This document shows positions 27,832 to 37,654 of a DNA stretch of 64,000 bases, one piece after another. The notes beneath the pieces were generated by a model. The model was not told the origin of the DNA. It saw nothing but the letters and a program-made list of their open reading frames with translations, and did not search any database. Location: contig DATJTK010000080.1 of NCBI GenBank assembly GCA_035503455.1, forward strand, positions 73,271-137,270. Reading direction: 5' to 3'. The translations under genes were made by a program, and so were the position numbers. The stretch is from Candidatus Sulfotelmatobacter sp. Lineage in GTDB: Bacteria > Verrucomicrobiota > Verrucomicrobiia > Limisphaerales > UBA11358. The stretch's first letter is position 1. Each line of letters opens with the position of its first letter.

Positions 27832-28617
27832 TTAAGCGGTGCGACGGCGCAATAATCTAAACAACATCAAGCCGCCCATTCCACACAGTGATAATGCTCC
27901 CGGTTCAGGAACTGCGACAACGGAAACCGGAATAAATTCAGGTGACGAGCTGCTGTAAACATCAACGAAACCTGTTACATCGTACTCCTGGCCCGACGCC
28001 ACGGACATTCCATCAAGATTTTGCAGTGCCGACGAGTAAGAAGACTCCCAGTAGTAAAGAGTCATGCTATTGGCCGCTCCATCGGTGATGGTTCCTGTTT
28101 GGTTGGAGGTGCCAAAGCTGCTAATGCCGCCGATCATTACATCATCCACAGTCACTTCGTAGCCGGCAATGCTGTAGGGGAGCGTATCCACGTTCAGTTG
28201 GGGAATGGTGGCAGTTCCAATCGACGGAACTGTGCCCGTACCCACGGCTGAAATTGAAGTTATATCTTCAAGCTCTGGTATTTGGTTGTAGGGCGAATAT
28301 TCTCCGGTCACAGAAATAGTTTCGCCCACAGAAGGCGTAAACCCTAAGCCTGACAAACTTCCGAAAACGTCCATCGAACCTGTTCCATCATTGACCAAAA
28401 AGGACCAACTCGAATAGGTTTTGCCGTCCACAGTCCCGGGTTGAGAGAGAATCGCCGTGACGACAGGGTCTGTAGTGAGCGAAACACCTGTGGTCCCGGT
28501 GGCAACATTGTTTTCAACGTAAGAAATGCTCTGAGCCAACACGCTCGATCCGGACATGCCGATTGCCGAAGCAACGACTGTCCCCAGTAAAAGCTTTGCT
28601 ACTCCTTTGGTCTTCAT
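27832..28617 (-). CDS. PEP-CTERM-anchored surface protein with OB/beta-barrel-like domain
   Basis: Signal peptide, and the C-terminal VPEPGALSLCGMGGLMLFRLLRRRTA (PEP-CTERM sorting signal). The internal SWSFLVNDGTGSMDVFG..VGETISVTGEYSPYNQIPEL resembles a segment of ORF 29312. Confidence 0.85.
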   Translation of the reverse strand: MKTKGVAKLLLGTVVASAIGMSGSSVLAQSISYVENNVATGTTGVSLTTDPVVTAILSQPGTVDGKTYSSWSFLVNDGTGSMDVFGSLSGLGFTPSVGETISVTGEYSPYNQIPELEDITSISAVGTGTVPSIGTATIPQLNVDTLPYSIAGYEVTVDDVMIGGISSFGTSNQTGTITDGAANSMTLYYWESSYSSALQNLDGMSVASGQEYDVTGFVDVYSSSSPEFIPVSVVAVPEPGALSLCGMGGLMLFRLLRRRTA

Positions 28618-29311
28618 GATGGTAACGATCTAATGGTTTAATTTTGAACTGTTATTGTTTTAATTGTTCTTCCTTCTTCCTCAACCGGACAAGCCGTTCC
28701 AATGTCCTCAAACCCGCTGTTCACTTGTATAAAGTTCTAGTCCTTTAGTCAATGAAAAACTTTGACTTTTCGGTTACAATCAGGTCGCACGACAACAATA
28801 CTGGTATTCGTATTGCTTTAGACGCATAGCGAGGCCCCGCAATTGCGAAAGGCCAATAAAAGTGCAATAGTTGATATTCTGTCGCGGTCGAATTTTATGC
28901 AACGAGGACAAATATCTGCAGCAATATCGGCGGGGCCACGGTGACGGTGAATATGGTGAATAACTTTTTTCAAAAAGTCTTTTCAAAACCGTAGAATTGT
29001 GAGAAAAACGGACTGTCTTTTTGTTGGATCAACTCTTCCCCACAAATTGAACAACGTTCCAGGCAATCCCGGGATTAAAGGCAGACTGCCGTTTCGATTC
29101 GCAGCGGTGCGCAGAATATTGACTGCGAATAGATTTAACGGAAGGGCTGGTGTCTCTCCAATTCACTTTGTCCGCGGCTCCGCGCAGAAGCATTACTTTG
29201 CAACCCCAATGTTTCGCAAATGTCACACGGCGTCACAAATTTTTCAGGTAGAGTTAGGCGGTCAAATGTGGTCTGGGAGCAATCGCTTTTACATAAGAGA
29301 AAAAAATAATC

Positions 29312-31516
29312 ATGAAAACTATAAATCGAATCCTACCGGTGTTTGTTGTTCTGCTCACATCGCTTGCGGCGCGCGCCAATGTGTTATTCTCAGACGCTTT
29401 AAACTATCCCAACGGCTGCATTGAAACGGATGGGCTTTGGTTTGCTTATTCGCCTTCAACGCCAGAAACAAACGCGCTGATATCGAACGACCTTCTGCAA
29501 CTGGTCACGGGAAGCGGCGAAGATTCGGTGGCAGCGCCCGGCGGCCCGAGCTATCCAACGGGTTTTACGAACTCTGTCGGCACTTTCACAATCGCCAGCT
29601 TTACAATTAACGTCAGCCAGTTGCCCGCAGCCAATAACTACTTTGCCGAATTGATGCAAATCACAAATAATACGGATGTGTCGGATGTAGCCCATGTTTT
29701 CATCGATACAGAGGGCACACTTATTCCGGGAACCTATCGGCTGGGACTTGCGAACGCCGCGACCTCATTTTCCACCGCTGGGACAACAAACTATCCGATG
29801 GATTTGGCTACCGGGATCACGTACACGGTCGTATTCAGCTACGACCCAAACCAGAACGACCCGCTGCCAAGTGGCACTCTGTGGATCAACCCATCGTCAA
29901 TCAATGACTTCAACGTTTATGCTACCGATACCGCAACAAATAATCCAAACATTTCGGCTATTGCGTTCAGTCCTTATGCCAACGCGCAGATTGGATACGT
30001 GAGTGTCGGGACCCAATTCAGCGATGTGGATCCCGGAGTCCAAACAAACGCCCCTGAAATTGGTGTCCAACCCCAAAGCGCGAGCATCTATGCGAGCAAC
30101 GCCGTGGCGCTCTATACCACGGCATCCGCCATTGATGTGACCTATCAATGGTACTCCAACGGAACTGCCCTTGTCGACGGGCCGAACGTCGTTGGGTCTC
30201 TGAGCAATATTCTGGTGCTGTCGAATTTGGATGCAACGGCAAGTTACAGCGCCGTGGCCTCATCCGGCGGCTACTCATCCACGACCTCCGTCGCCACGAT
30301 TACGGTCAATACCACGCCAACAGCGCCCTTCTTTACGTTGGAGCCAACCAACGTGACCGAGTCGGATCTGTCACCGGTCACTCTGGCTGCAGCCGCAAAT
30401 GGCACCGGGCCCATAACCTATCAATGGTATTTTGAGCCGGCAGGCTCCGGTTCCTTTAGCGCACTTTCGGGCGCCACCACCCCGACTTACAATTTCACCG
30501 GCGGTTACAACAACAGCGGATCGTATTACGTCGTGGCTACCGGCGGGGCGGGCAGCATTCAAAGCACAACGATCACCCTAAACATTATCCCGCCGACATT
30601 GGTTCCCATCAGCTATATGCATCAGTTCATTTCCAGCGCCAATGGGACTGTCAGCCTTAACGGTGGAGAGATATTCAACGTGGAGGGCGTTGTCACCTGC
30701 ATTGGACAAACTCAATCAAAAACTTCGTCTGAGTTTTATATCCAGGACGGAACCGGCGGATGCTTCGTCTATGCGGGCGGCTTCAGCCCGACCAACACAC
30801 CGACTGTGGGAACGCTGGTGAACGTCATCAGCCCGGCCCAGTCCTACTACGGTCAAGTGGAAATGGACCCGACAACGGATTCATCCACCAACGCTATTTT
30901 CATTGTCAGCACGAACAACCCGTTGCCTGCCCCGCTTCCGTTGAACATTGGGCAGATGGGCACAAACACGCTGGGAACCTATGGCAGACAATACGAGTGC
31001 TCCCTGATGACCATGACAAACGTCTACCTTTATTCAAACTCCTCAGGTGAGACACTGAGCGGCAATTTCCCAACGAACGGCACCAAGGCGTTATACGCAT
31101 TTCAACAACCTTATCAAGCTGGCGCTCCCTACGTGGAAATTTATGTTTACACCTATACCAATCCGGCAAACCAGTTGAATACTAATTATTGGGGCAAGCC
31201 GCTTCCCCATTACGCATACGAAGTCACTGGCGTCAATGGCGTCTACAGCCCCACTGAGCCGAACTTTTACCCCAGCCGCTATCAGGACTTCGTGACCACC
31301 CTGCCCGCGCCTTTCTCGGCGAGCGTTGCGGTGAGCAACGGGGTTCCGACTGTATCATGGCCGGCCGTAGTTGGCTCAACCTACAGTGTTTACAGCGCCT
31401 CGAACCTCCTGGGGCCATGGACACAGACATTTGGGCAGGCGTATTATCCGAGCATTGGCTCCTTCACGGACACCAACGCCACGACGGCGAAATATTACTT
31501 TATCAGCAGCCCGTAA
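29312..31516 (+). CDS. Large secreted protein with Ig-like repeats and OB/beta-barrel-like domain (hypothetical adhesin-like)
   Basis: Signal peptide MKTINRILPVFVVLLTSLAARA. Two Ig-like repeats carry the motifs VTYQWYSNG and ITYQWYFEP. SSEFYIQDGTGGCFVYAGGF..VGTLVNVISPAQSYYGQVEM resembles a segment of the PEP-CTERM ORF. Confidence 0.7.
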   Translation: MKTINRILPVFVVLLTSLAARANVLFSDALNYPNGCIETDGLWFAYSPSTPETNALISNDLLQLVTGSGEDSVAAPGGPSYPTGFTNSVGTFTIASFTINVSQLPAANNYFAELMQITNNTDVSDVAHVFIDTEGTLIPGTYRLGLANAATSFSTAGTTNYPMDLATGITYTVVFSYDPNQNDPLPSGTLWINPSSINDFNVYATDTATNNPNISAIAFSPYANAQIGYVSVGTQFSDVDPGVQTNAPEIGVQPQSASIYASNAVALYTTASAIDVTYQWYSNGTALVDGPNVVGSLSNILVLSNLDATASYSAVASSGGYSSTTSVATITVNTTPTAPFFTLEPTNVTESDLSPVTLAAAANGTGPITYQWYFEPAGSGSFSALSGATTPTYNFTGGYNNSGSYYVVATGGAGSIQSTTITLNIIPPTLVPISYMHQFISSANGTVSLNGGEIFNVEGVVTCIGQTQSKTSSEFYIQDGTGGCFVYAGGFSPTNTPTVGTLVNVISPAQSYYGQVEMDPTTDSSTNAIFIVSTNNPLPAPLPLNIGQMGTNTLGTYGRQYECSLMTMTNVYLYSNSSGETLSGNFPTNGTKALYAFQQPYQAGAPYVEIYVYTYTNPANQLNTNYWGKPLPHYAYEVTGVNGVYSPTEPNFYPSRYQDFVTTLPAPFSASVAVSNGVPTVSWPAVVGSTYSVYSASNLLGPWTQTFGQAYYPSIGSFTDTNATTAKYYFISSP

Positions 31517-31649
31517 TGGATGAATCTTTTGATACTCCGCATGTAACAGTGCGGCGTTTCCGGAAATTAAGCGCATGTGGCTTCCGTTGGAAGCCACATG
31601 CTTTACCGTTTACAGAAAACAGTGATGGGTTCCCTGGGAAAGGAAGAAT

Positions 31650-32540
31650 ATGAAGACTAATAAACGGCGCGCGTTCACGCTGATCGAACTGCTGGTGGTG
31701 ATTGCAATCATTGCCATTCTGGGTGCCATCTTGCTTCCGGTACTAAACAAGTCTATGGAGCGGGCCAAACGGGCCAATTGTCTTTCGAATCTAAGGCAAT
31801 GGGGAACGGCGATGCAAATCTATGGCACGGACAATAATAGCGGAATGCCGAGAGATGGTATGGACGCCGACGCCGCCTACCCTGGCCCATCCAACGATTC
31901 GCAGTATCCTGACACTACGGTCGATGGCACGCCAGACGATCTCCATGCATGGTTCAATTTATTGCCACCGAGCATGGGGACTCCGAACCTTGAATTCTTT
32001 TATACCCAGATGACTACCGCTCGCGGAGGCGCGGCTACGAAGGCAATGCAGTATATGCCTTTCCCGGGCGCCAGGGGCGCCATCTGGGAGTGTCCATCGG
32101 CCAGCATGTCGGTGTCCACAGTAACCACTCTTCTAAGTGGATATGGTCAAGACGGTTTTTTCAGTTATGATATGAATATTGATCTGAAAGATCAGGCCAA
32201 TGGGCGATTTCCTTATCCCACCATGCCGAAGCTCACAGCGATGAGAGAGCCCACAGCAATCGTTTGCATGTTTGACTGTGTCTTCGATCCTTTAACCGAA
32301 AACGGCGTAAACGGCTCGCCGCAATACAATTCGGTTAACCCGGCAAACCGACAGAATAGTTATGCCGCGCGCCACAGCCTGGGCGGAAACATCAATTTTC
32401 TCGATGGCCATGCCGCTTATTTTAAGGACAGCTACGTAACCAATGGCAACGGCTCATCATCCGTCCCATACAGCTACGAGCCTCTATTGCCGGACATCAT
32501 TTGGAACGCAGCCGGTCGCGGCGCGGAATTTGGGATGTAG
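31650..32540 (+). CDS. Prepilin-type N-terminal cleavage/methylation domain protein (H-X9-DG family)
   Basis: [28 protein letters not shown]-terminus, and the C-terminal [12 protein letters not shown] motif. Confidence 0.9.
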   Translation: MKTNKRRAFTLIELLVVIAIIAILGAILLPVLNKSMERAKRANCLSNLRQWGTAMQIYGTDNNSGMPRDGMDADAAYPGPSNDSQYPDTTVDGTPDDLHAWFNLLPPSMGTPNLEFFYTQMTTARGGAATKAMQYMPFPGARGAIWECPSASMSVSTVTTLLSGYGQDGFFSYDMNIDLKDQANGRFPYPTMPKLTAMREPTAIVCMFDCVFDPLTENGVNGSPQYNSVNPANRQNSYAARHSLGGNINFLDGHAAYFKDSYVTNGNGSSSVPYSYEPLLPDIIWNAAGRGAEFGM

Positions 32541-32666
32541 GAAAATTCTCACGTCGGATTCGGCCTGTTGAATCGAAAGTCATCTTTTGGTTCCCTCCTT
32601 TCATTTTGTTTCACCAAATACTGTCCCTCTGCCGCCATTCGGTGTATATATTAGGCGCATTATTTA

Positions 32667-33914
32667 GTGAAATCGTTTCTTTACCTCCCCGCTCTTGCGG
32701 CTGCTCTCGGCGTGTTTTTCCTGTGTTCCTGCGCCGCGCCGCGGCCTCATCCTCAGCCCCCATTGATCGTCCCGCTGTCGAAAACTCCGGCCCGCCAACT
32801 GCCCCGTAACGTCGCCATGAACCAGGATGCCGGGCGCGGGAATTGGATTTTTGTCCCGGTCAGGCTCGCAAATGGCGAAACGTTGCCATTCGTATTGGAT
32901 ACCGGCGCGTTTAGCAGCCTGCTTGACAAGTCCCTCGAGCCCGGGCTGGGAACGCGCCTGGATTCGGGCACGTTGCGCGTCTTTGGTGTGCCGCGCCACA
33001 TGAACCAATATGAAGCTCCCACACTTTATCTCGGAAATATTCCCCTAATGATGACCGGCCCGTACATCTTCACAGACGACTTGAAAAGCCTCTCGGATTA
33101 CGCGGGCCGCCCCGTTCTGGGAATGATCGGTATGGACATTCTGGCCCACTATTGCATCCAATTTGATTTTGCCGCAAATCAAGTGCGTTTTCTCGATGAC
33201 CATCACCCAGACACGCGCGCCTGGGGCAAACCTTTTCCCCTCACGGATGTCGGTGACGGCTGCTTTGCCATCAGCGAAAACCTGACAGGCGCTGCCGGCC
33301 CAGCAACCCTCATCGATGCGGGCTGCACCTACGATGGCTGGCTCGTTCCCAATTTGTTCTCCAGATGGACCAACCAGGACGCGCCGGTAGTCAATAGCGG
33401 CGTCCGCTTCCCCAACGCCGTTCTTGGCGGAACGGTTTATACCAATGTGAATCTGGACGGCCTTCAGCCAAAATTGTTTTCCAGCGGCGACCCACACCTC
33501 AGGCTCAACGGCATCGGCCTCTCGTTTCTATCAAGGAATTTGGTCACTTTGGATTTCCCTCGAAGGACAATGTACGTGAAGCGCGTCAGTATTGGCCCTT
33601 TTGTGGACCGGGCGATGCGAAGAACCGCGAATGCGGAAGCCCATTCCGCCGTTCAATACCTGGAGGCTCTGGCCAAACAAGGCCTCCTTCCGGGCTGGTC
33701 CAGAACGGATCAACCCGCGCACACCACAAGCGCTATCCAATTTCACTTTTCGTATCCCCATGTTGTGACCGTGGACGATTTGCGGAAAATGGGCGATCCG
33801 ACCGTCTATCATTATCGGGTCAGCCGCTCATCCAGGACCGATCCCTGGAAAATCGTCAAAGCCTGGCGGACCGACGCGGATGGAAACGCGATCGAGGATT
33901 ATGCGCACCCATGA
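32667..33914 (+). CDS. Lipoprotein with two retropepsin-like aspartic-protease lobes + C-terminal ~110-aa domain
   Basis: GTG start. Lipobox FFLCSC. Lobe 1 has LPFVLDTGAFS and VLGMIGMDIL. Lobe 2 has TLIDAGCTYDGWL (DAG rather than DTG) and LNGIGLSFLSRNLVTLDFP. Confidence 0.65.
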   Translation: MKSFLYLPALAAALGVFFLCSCAAPRPHPQPPLIVPLSKTPARQLPRNVAMNQDAGRGNWIFVPVRLANGETLPFVLDTGAFSSLLDKSLEPGLGTRLDSGTLRVFGVPRHMNQYEAPTLYLGNIPLMMTGPYIFTDDLKSLSDYAGRPVLGMIGMDILAHYCIQFDFAANQVRFLDDHHPDTRAWGKPFPLTDVGDGCFAISENLTGAAGPATLIDAGCTYDGWLVPNLFSRWTNQDAPVVNSGVRFPNAVLGGTVYTNVNLDGLQPKLFSSGDPHLRLNGIGLSFLSRNLVTLDFPRRTMYVKRVSIGPFVDRAMRRTANAEAHSAVQYLEALAKQGLLPGWSRTDQPAHTTSAIQFHFSYPHVVTVDDLRKMGDPTVYHYRVSRSSRTDPWKIVKAWRTDADGNAIEDYAHP

Positions 33915-35125
33915 AAGTTGTGGCACTTCCCCGTTTGAGACTGATTTTCGCCGGTTTACTTTTCTTCTGTCTTTGCACGCCAATGGTTCGGGCGTCCTCT
34001 TCCATTTTTTATACGACTCTTCCATCTGCTGAACAGCCGCCTGATATTCCCATGAACAAAGACGCCGGCCTCGGGAGCTGGATTATCGTCAATGTTCGCC
34101 TGGCGAACGGAGAAAATGTCCCGATGGTAATGGATACGGGTTGCCCGACGACGTGCCTGGATACATCGTTCGAGCCCAAGCTGGGGCAACGCATTAAAAC
34201 CGACACTCTCTGGGACTTCGGCGCAAAATCTCAAATCAATGTTTATGCGGCGCCGAAATTCTTTTTGATGGATACGCCACTGATGAAGATTGGGCCATAC
34301 GTCGTCACGCATGACTGCAGGCAAATTTCCAGCGAGGTCGGCCATCCAATCATGGGGATTCTCGGAATGGACATACTTCAAAACTATTGCATTCAACTCG
34401 ATTTTTCGTCCCACAGGGTGCGTTTTCTCGACTACAGCCGCTCAAACAAAGGCGGCTGGGGCGCGCCGTTTGACCTCTTCGAGATTGGTGACGGCTGTTT
34501 CGCCATAAGCAACAACCTTGTCGGGAGCAAATATCCCGGCACCCTGATTGATACCGGATATAATCAGGATGGCTGGCTCGTGCACGATCTCTTTGAGCAG
34601 TGGACTAATCCGTCCGCGTGCCTCCATTCGCCCAACGGCGTGCTGGGCAGGCAACGATATCCCGCGCTCGATTTGCGCGGCGTGGATCCACGTTTGCTCG
34701 CCGGCGGCGATTCTCATATTAAGCTCAACGGCATCGGTCTTCGGTTTTTGGCGAGGCACCTCGTCACGCTCGATTTTCCGGAACAAACACTCTACCTCAG
34801 GCGCACCAGCATCGGACCGCCCGTTGATAAAGAGTTGCAGGCGGAGACAAAATCCGAAGGAAAATCCGCCGCAAAATTCTTAAAAATCCTCGAAAATCGC
34901 GGCCGATTGCCTGGCTGGTCAAAAAGTGACATCGTTGCCGCGGGCCGTGTGACACTCCACTACTTTTATCCCTCCACGGTGATTTTTGACATACCGAAAC
35001 AAGGGGACGCTTTTATTTATCACTACACGCTCGCCCGCGCATCCGACAGCGGCTCCTGGACACTTCAACGAGCGTGGCAAACGGATGCCGCGGGCAAAAC
35101 CGTCAAAGAATTCAATGTCCCCTGA
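33911..35125 (+). CDS. Lipoprotein with two retropepsin-like aspartic-protease lobes + C-terminal ~110-aa domain (tandem paralog)
   Basis: Its start overlaps the upstream stop (ATGA). Lobe 1 has VPMVMDTGCPT and IMGILGMDIL. Lobe 2 has TLIDTGYNQDGWL and LNGIGLRFLARHLVTLDFP. Confidence 0.65.
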   Translation: MKVVALPRLRLIFAGLLFFCLCTPMVRASSSIFYTTLPSAEQPPDIPMNKDAGLGSWIIVNVRLANGENVPMVMDTGCPTTCLDTSFEPKLGQRIKTDTLWDFGAKSQINVYAAPKFFLMDTPLMKIGPYVVTHDCRQISSEVGHPIMGILGMDILQNYCIQLDFSSHRVRFLDYSRSNKGGWGAPFDLFEIGDGCFAISNNLVGSKYPGTLIDTGYNQDGWLVHDLFEQWTNPSACLHSPNGVLGRQRYPALDLRGVDPRLLAGGDSHIKLNGIGLRFLARHLVTLDFPEQTLYLRRTSIGPPVDKELQAETKSEGKSAAKFLKILENRGRLPGWSKSDIVAAGRVTLHYFYPSTVIFDIPKQGDAFIYHYTLARASDSGSWTLQRAWQTDAAGKTVKEFNVP

Positions 35126-35133
35126 TTCGTCGC

Positions 35134-35430
35134 TTACACACTTGCTCCGGGCGGAACTGCATCCGGCGCAAGTCGTGCCGCGCACGGAGCCGCGGCGGGC
35201 AGTTTTTCGCTGTCGGCTTCGATTAGTTTGGTAAGTTCATTGAGCCGCATTTCCAACTCCGCTATTTTCCGCTCCAGCTCCATGCTGCTCTTTTTGAGTT
35301 GCGTTTCCATGTTTGCGAGCAAAAGCTCGACCGGTCCCAGATAGTTGCGCAAGTCGTGGAGTTGCCGGTGTATTTCTTCTATATCCGCATTCATATTACA
35401 CTGGCCCCTGTCTCGACTCGATCCAAACAT
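35134..35430 (-). CDS. Possible small coiled-coil protein
   Basis: Heptad-like sequence IEEIHRQLHDLRNYLGPVELLLANMETQLKKSSMELERKIAELEMRLNELTKLIE. An alternative start is ATG 35394. No homology recognised. Confidence 0.3.
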   Translation of the reverse strand: MFGSSRDRGQCNMNADIEEIHRQLHDLRNYLGPVELLLANMETQLKKSSMELERKIAELEMRLNELTKLIEADSEKLPAAAPCAARLAPDAVPPGASV

Positions 35431-35888
35431 TCACTCTATAGGCACAGTAAATGAAATGCCCGCATTGTCAAAAGGTTATTTCAGAGACCTCCGCGCCTCT
35501 TCAAGATTTTTTGATTTCGCGGCAATCCCGCTAGTGAATTCCAAGCTGAATTATTGTCGCTCATTCGCCACGGTTTATGAACACCGCGGTTCATCCGAGG
35601 TTTCGCGGGATTACCTCCGTACCCACAACGCAAACGTGCAGAGCAAAAAGAATAATGAGGGGGTTCCGAGGCCGAGCCAGTTGAAATGCTGCGCGCCGTT
35701 CATTCCATCGGGCACGTAGCAATTAGGAATGGCAATCGTGTACAAGATACAGCCCACGAATACGTTAAGTATCAACCGGACTGCAAAAAAACTTCTCGCA
35801 AATATCGACCGCATGCCCGAAATAATAGCAGAAATTGAGCCAATACCGGCAAATCATGAATGAAGTAAGGCTCCTTCCATGAACCAGA

Positions 35889-35945
35889 GGGTGGTAGAAC
35901 ACGGCGCGCTGCGCCGTGTAGCGCCGCGTGCAGCGGCGCAACCAG
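35889..35945 (+). repeat. GC-rich double-hairpin REP-like element
   Basis: The sequence is gggtggtagaacacggcgcgctgcgccgtgtagcgccgcgtgcagcggcgcaacc. It lies immediately 3' of the NlpC/P60 gene stop. Confidence 0.8.
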
Positions 35946-35960
35946 CGGGGTTCACAGTCC

Positions 35961-36689
35961 TCACTGGCTTTCGACGATATCCTTATACCGTAAGGCAACA
36001 AACCCGTGCTGCATCAGCCAATCGCGGTCGTAGGTGCCTTCGTGTACTCGGGTGTAAATATTTGGGTCGTCGCCCCTTTTAGCGTGGCCGGATTCAAATA
36101 CCCGCATTTTCTGGTGCGTTCCATCCACCCAACCCACGAACAATATCACGTGGGCGTAGGGTTTATTCACGGCGTCGCCAGGACGCAAATCGTCGTAGCC
36201 AGGCAATTGCTCGCAAATTTCGCCGATGTCATACGTAGATCGCCGCGCATACAGCCCCCAGCAACAGCTCACGAACCCTGAGCAGTCCACTCCCACTGGC
36301 AGGGCGCTATCACCGTGACTTTTTCGAGGACCTTTAAACTGATAACCCGCAGGCCGGCCCTGGAGAAGCCCGCGGTCAAACTCCGCCAGCGTGCTCGCCC
36401 CGCCCCAGCAATAGGGGACGCCGATGTTCGTGCGTCCGTCTGAATACCATCCGCCGGGTCCCCAAAATTCCTCATCCGGTGTATCGATCCAGACATTGGT
36501 CTTGTCCAGTCCGTGATAAATATTTGCGGCGCTCCCGTGCCAATGATGATTCGCGTAAGCCGCTGCGGTTTCCAACACCTGCTGGCGTGTCACCGCAGGC
36601 CCCGGCGCGGAATTGCGGGCGGGCTTCAACTGAGCACAGCCGCTGGTCAGTGCCAGGACTAAAATGAAAGATTGAACCAGCCGACGCAT
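35961..36689 (-). CDS. NlpC/P60 (C40) family peptidase lipoprotein
   Basis: The likely start is ATG 36689 (MRRLVQSFILVLALTSGC lipobox). It has PYCWGG, the catalytic-Cys motif VDCSGFVSCCWG, and a downstream His (YAHVILFVG). Confidence 0.75.
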   Translation of the reverse strand: MRRLVQSFILVLALTSGCAQLKPARNSAPGPAVTRQQVLETAAAYANHHWHGSAANIYHGLDKTNVWIDTPDEEFWGPGGWYSDGRTNIGVPYCWGGASTLAEFDRGLLQGRPAGYQFKGPRKSHGDSALPVGVDCSGFVSCCWGLYARRSTYDIGEICEQLPGYDDLRPGDAVNKPYAHVILFVGWVDGTHQKMRVFESGHAKRGDDPNIYTRVHEGTYDRDWLMQHGFVALRYKDIVESQ

Positions 36690-36753
36690 ATTGAAGGCGA
36701 GCCAGTTAAAACACGGCGTCTGCGCTCTGTCAATTCCCAAGTGACCCTCGAAC

Positions 36754-37431
36754 CTATTCCGTAAATTGACGATCCACAACCACCCCATTGGAGATCATTA
36801 CGGTCATGGAACCGACTTTCGGGTCCACCTTGGGCGGCGATGGCGGAAAATGGAAAAGATAAGTTAATGCTTTGCCCTCCTTGCCGTGCGTCACCCGTGC
36901 GTTTGTGCCCAGGTGCGCGTACACCTGGGCCTCGGTCATGCCATTGGGAATCAATTTATCCGCGCTTTCGCGGGTCAACGCCGGTTTGACATTAACGGCC
37001 CGGTTCACCACGACCTCGAAGCCCCGGTAAAAGGGCGGAATATGTTCCTGCCAAACACGCCAACCCGCATCGCGCGCGACTTTGACCCGGAAAATGATTG
37101 GTTTCATGTGTTGCGTGACCATCGTCACCTCTTCCACAAAAGGATGACCCGCGACACGCGCCCGAAACTCTTCAAAAATCGGTTTCGCCAGCTCAAAGCC
37201 CTTGTGGGACAAGGATGGATGCATTCCCTCTTTGAGTTGTATCCGCTCTTCCCGCGTCAGATGCCTGATATGCCGCCTCCACAGGTGCTCTCGCAATTCT
37301 TTCAAGTGCCGTTGCAACCGCGCTTCCAAACGCGGATCCTCCGGGTGCCAAAAGGAAGTGATGCTTTCACGTTCCCGCCATTCTTCAACCGAACCATACC
37401 GCAAATGTCGCGGTTTCAAAAAGTCAAACAT
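36754..37431 (-). CDS. Hypothetical cytoplasmic protein (225 aa)
   Basis: The ORF from ATG 37431 (MFDFLKPRHLRYGSVEEW...) sits 65 nt upstream of the NlpC/P60 gene on the same strand. No motif recognised. Confidence 0.45.
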   Translation of the reverse strand: MFDFLKPRHLRYGSVEEWRERESITSFWHPEDPRLEARLQRHLKELREHLWRRHIRHLTREERIQLKEGMHPSLSHKGFELAKPIFEEFRARVAGHPFVEEVTMVTQHMKPIIFRVKVARDAGWRVWQEHIPPFYRGFEVVVNRAVNVKPALTRESADKLIPNGMTEAQVYAHLGTNARVTHGKEGKALTYLFHFPPSPPKVDPKVGSMTVMISNGVVVDRQFTE

Positions 37432-37654
37432 CGTGTCAAAAACCCTCCTTGCTAAACAAATCGTACCGCAACCCTCAGCCACAACTATGACTGATGGCCG
37501 CCACCGCAATGTTCACCCGGGTCGCGAATTTTTCAACCAATTTTTCGGTTACAAATTGAGGGCTCGTTCGGTGTCCACCCTTTAGGGTGCCGGGCACGAT
37601 CCCGCAACGGCCGGATGTTGGTGCTTGGAATTTGGATATGGGCATTTATACTGC

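Noticed and set aside
35345-35814. ORFs 35345-35719 (+) and 35611-35814 (-, 67 aa, two hydrophobic stretches)
   Set aside because: They overlap each other in an AT-rich spacer and have no motif support. The 67-aa hydrophobic ORF is conceivable as a small membrane protein but is not supported well enough to list as a feature.
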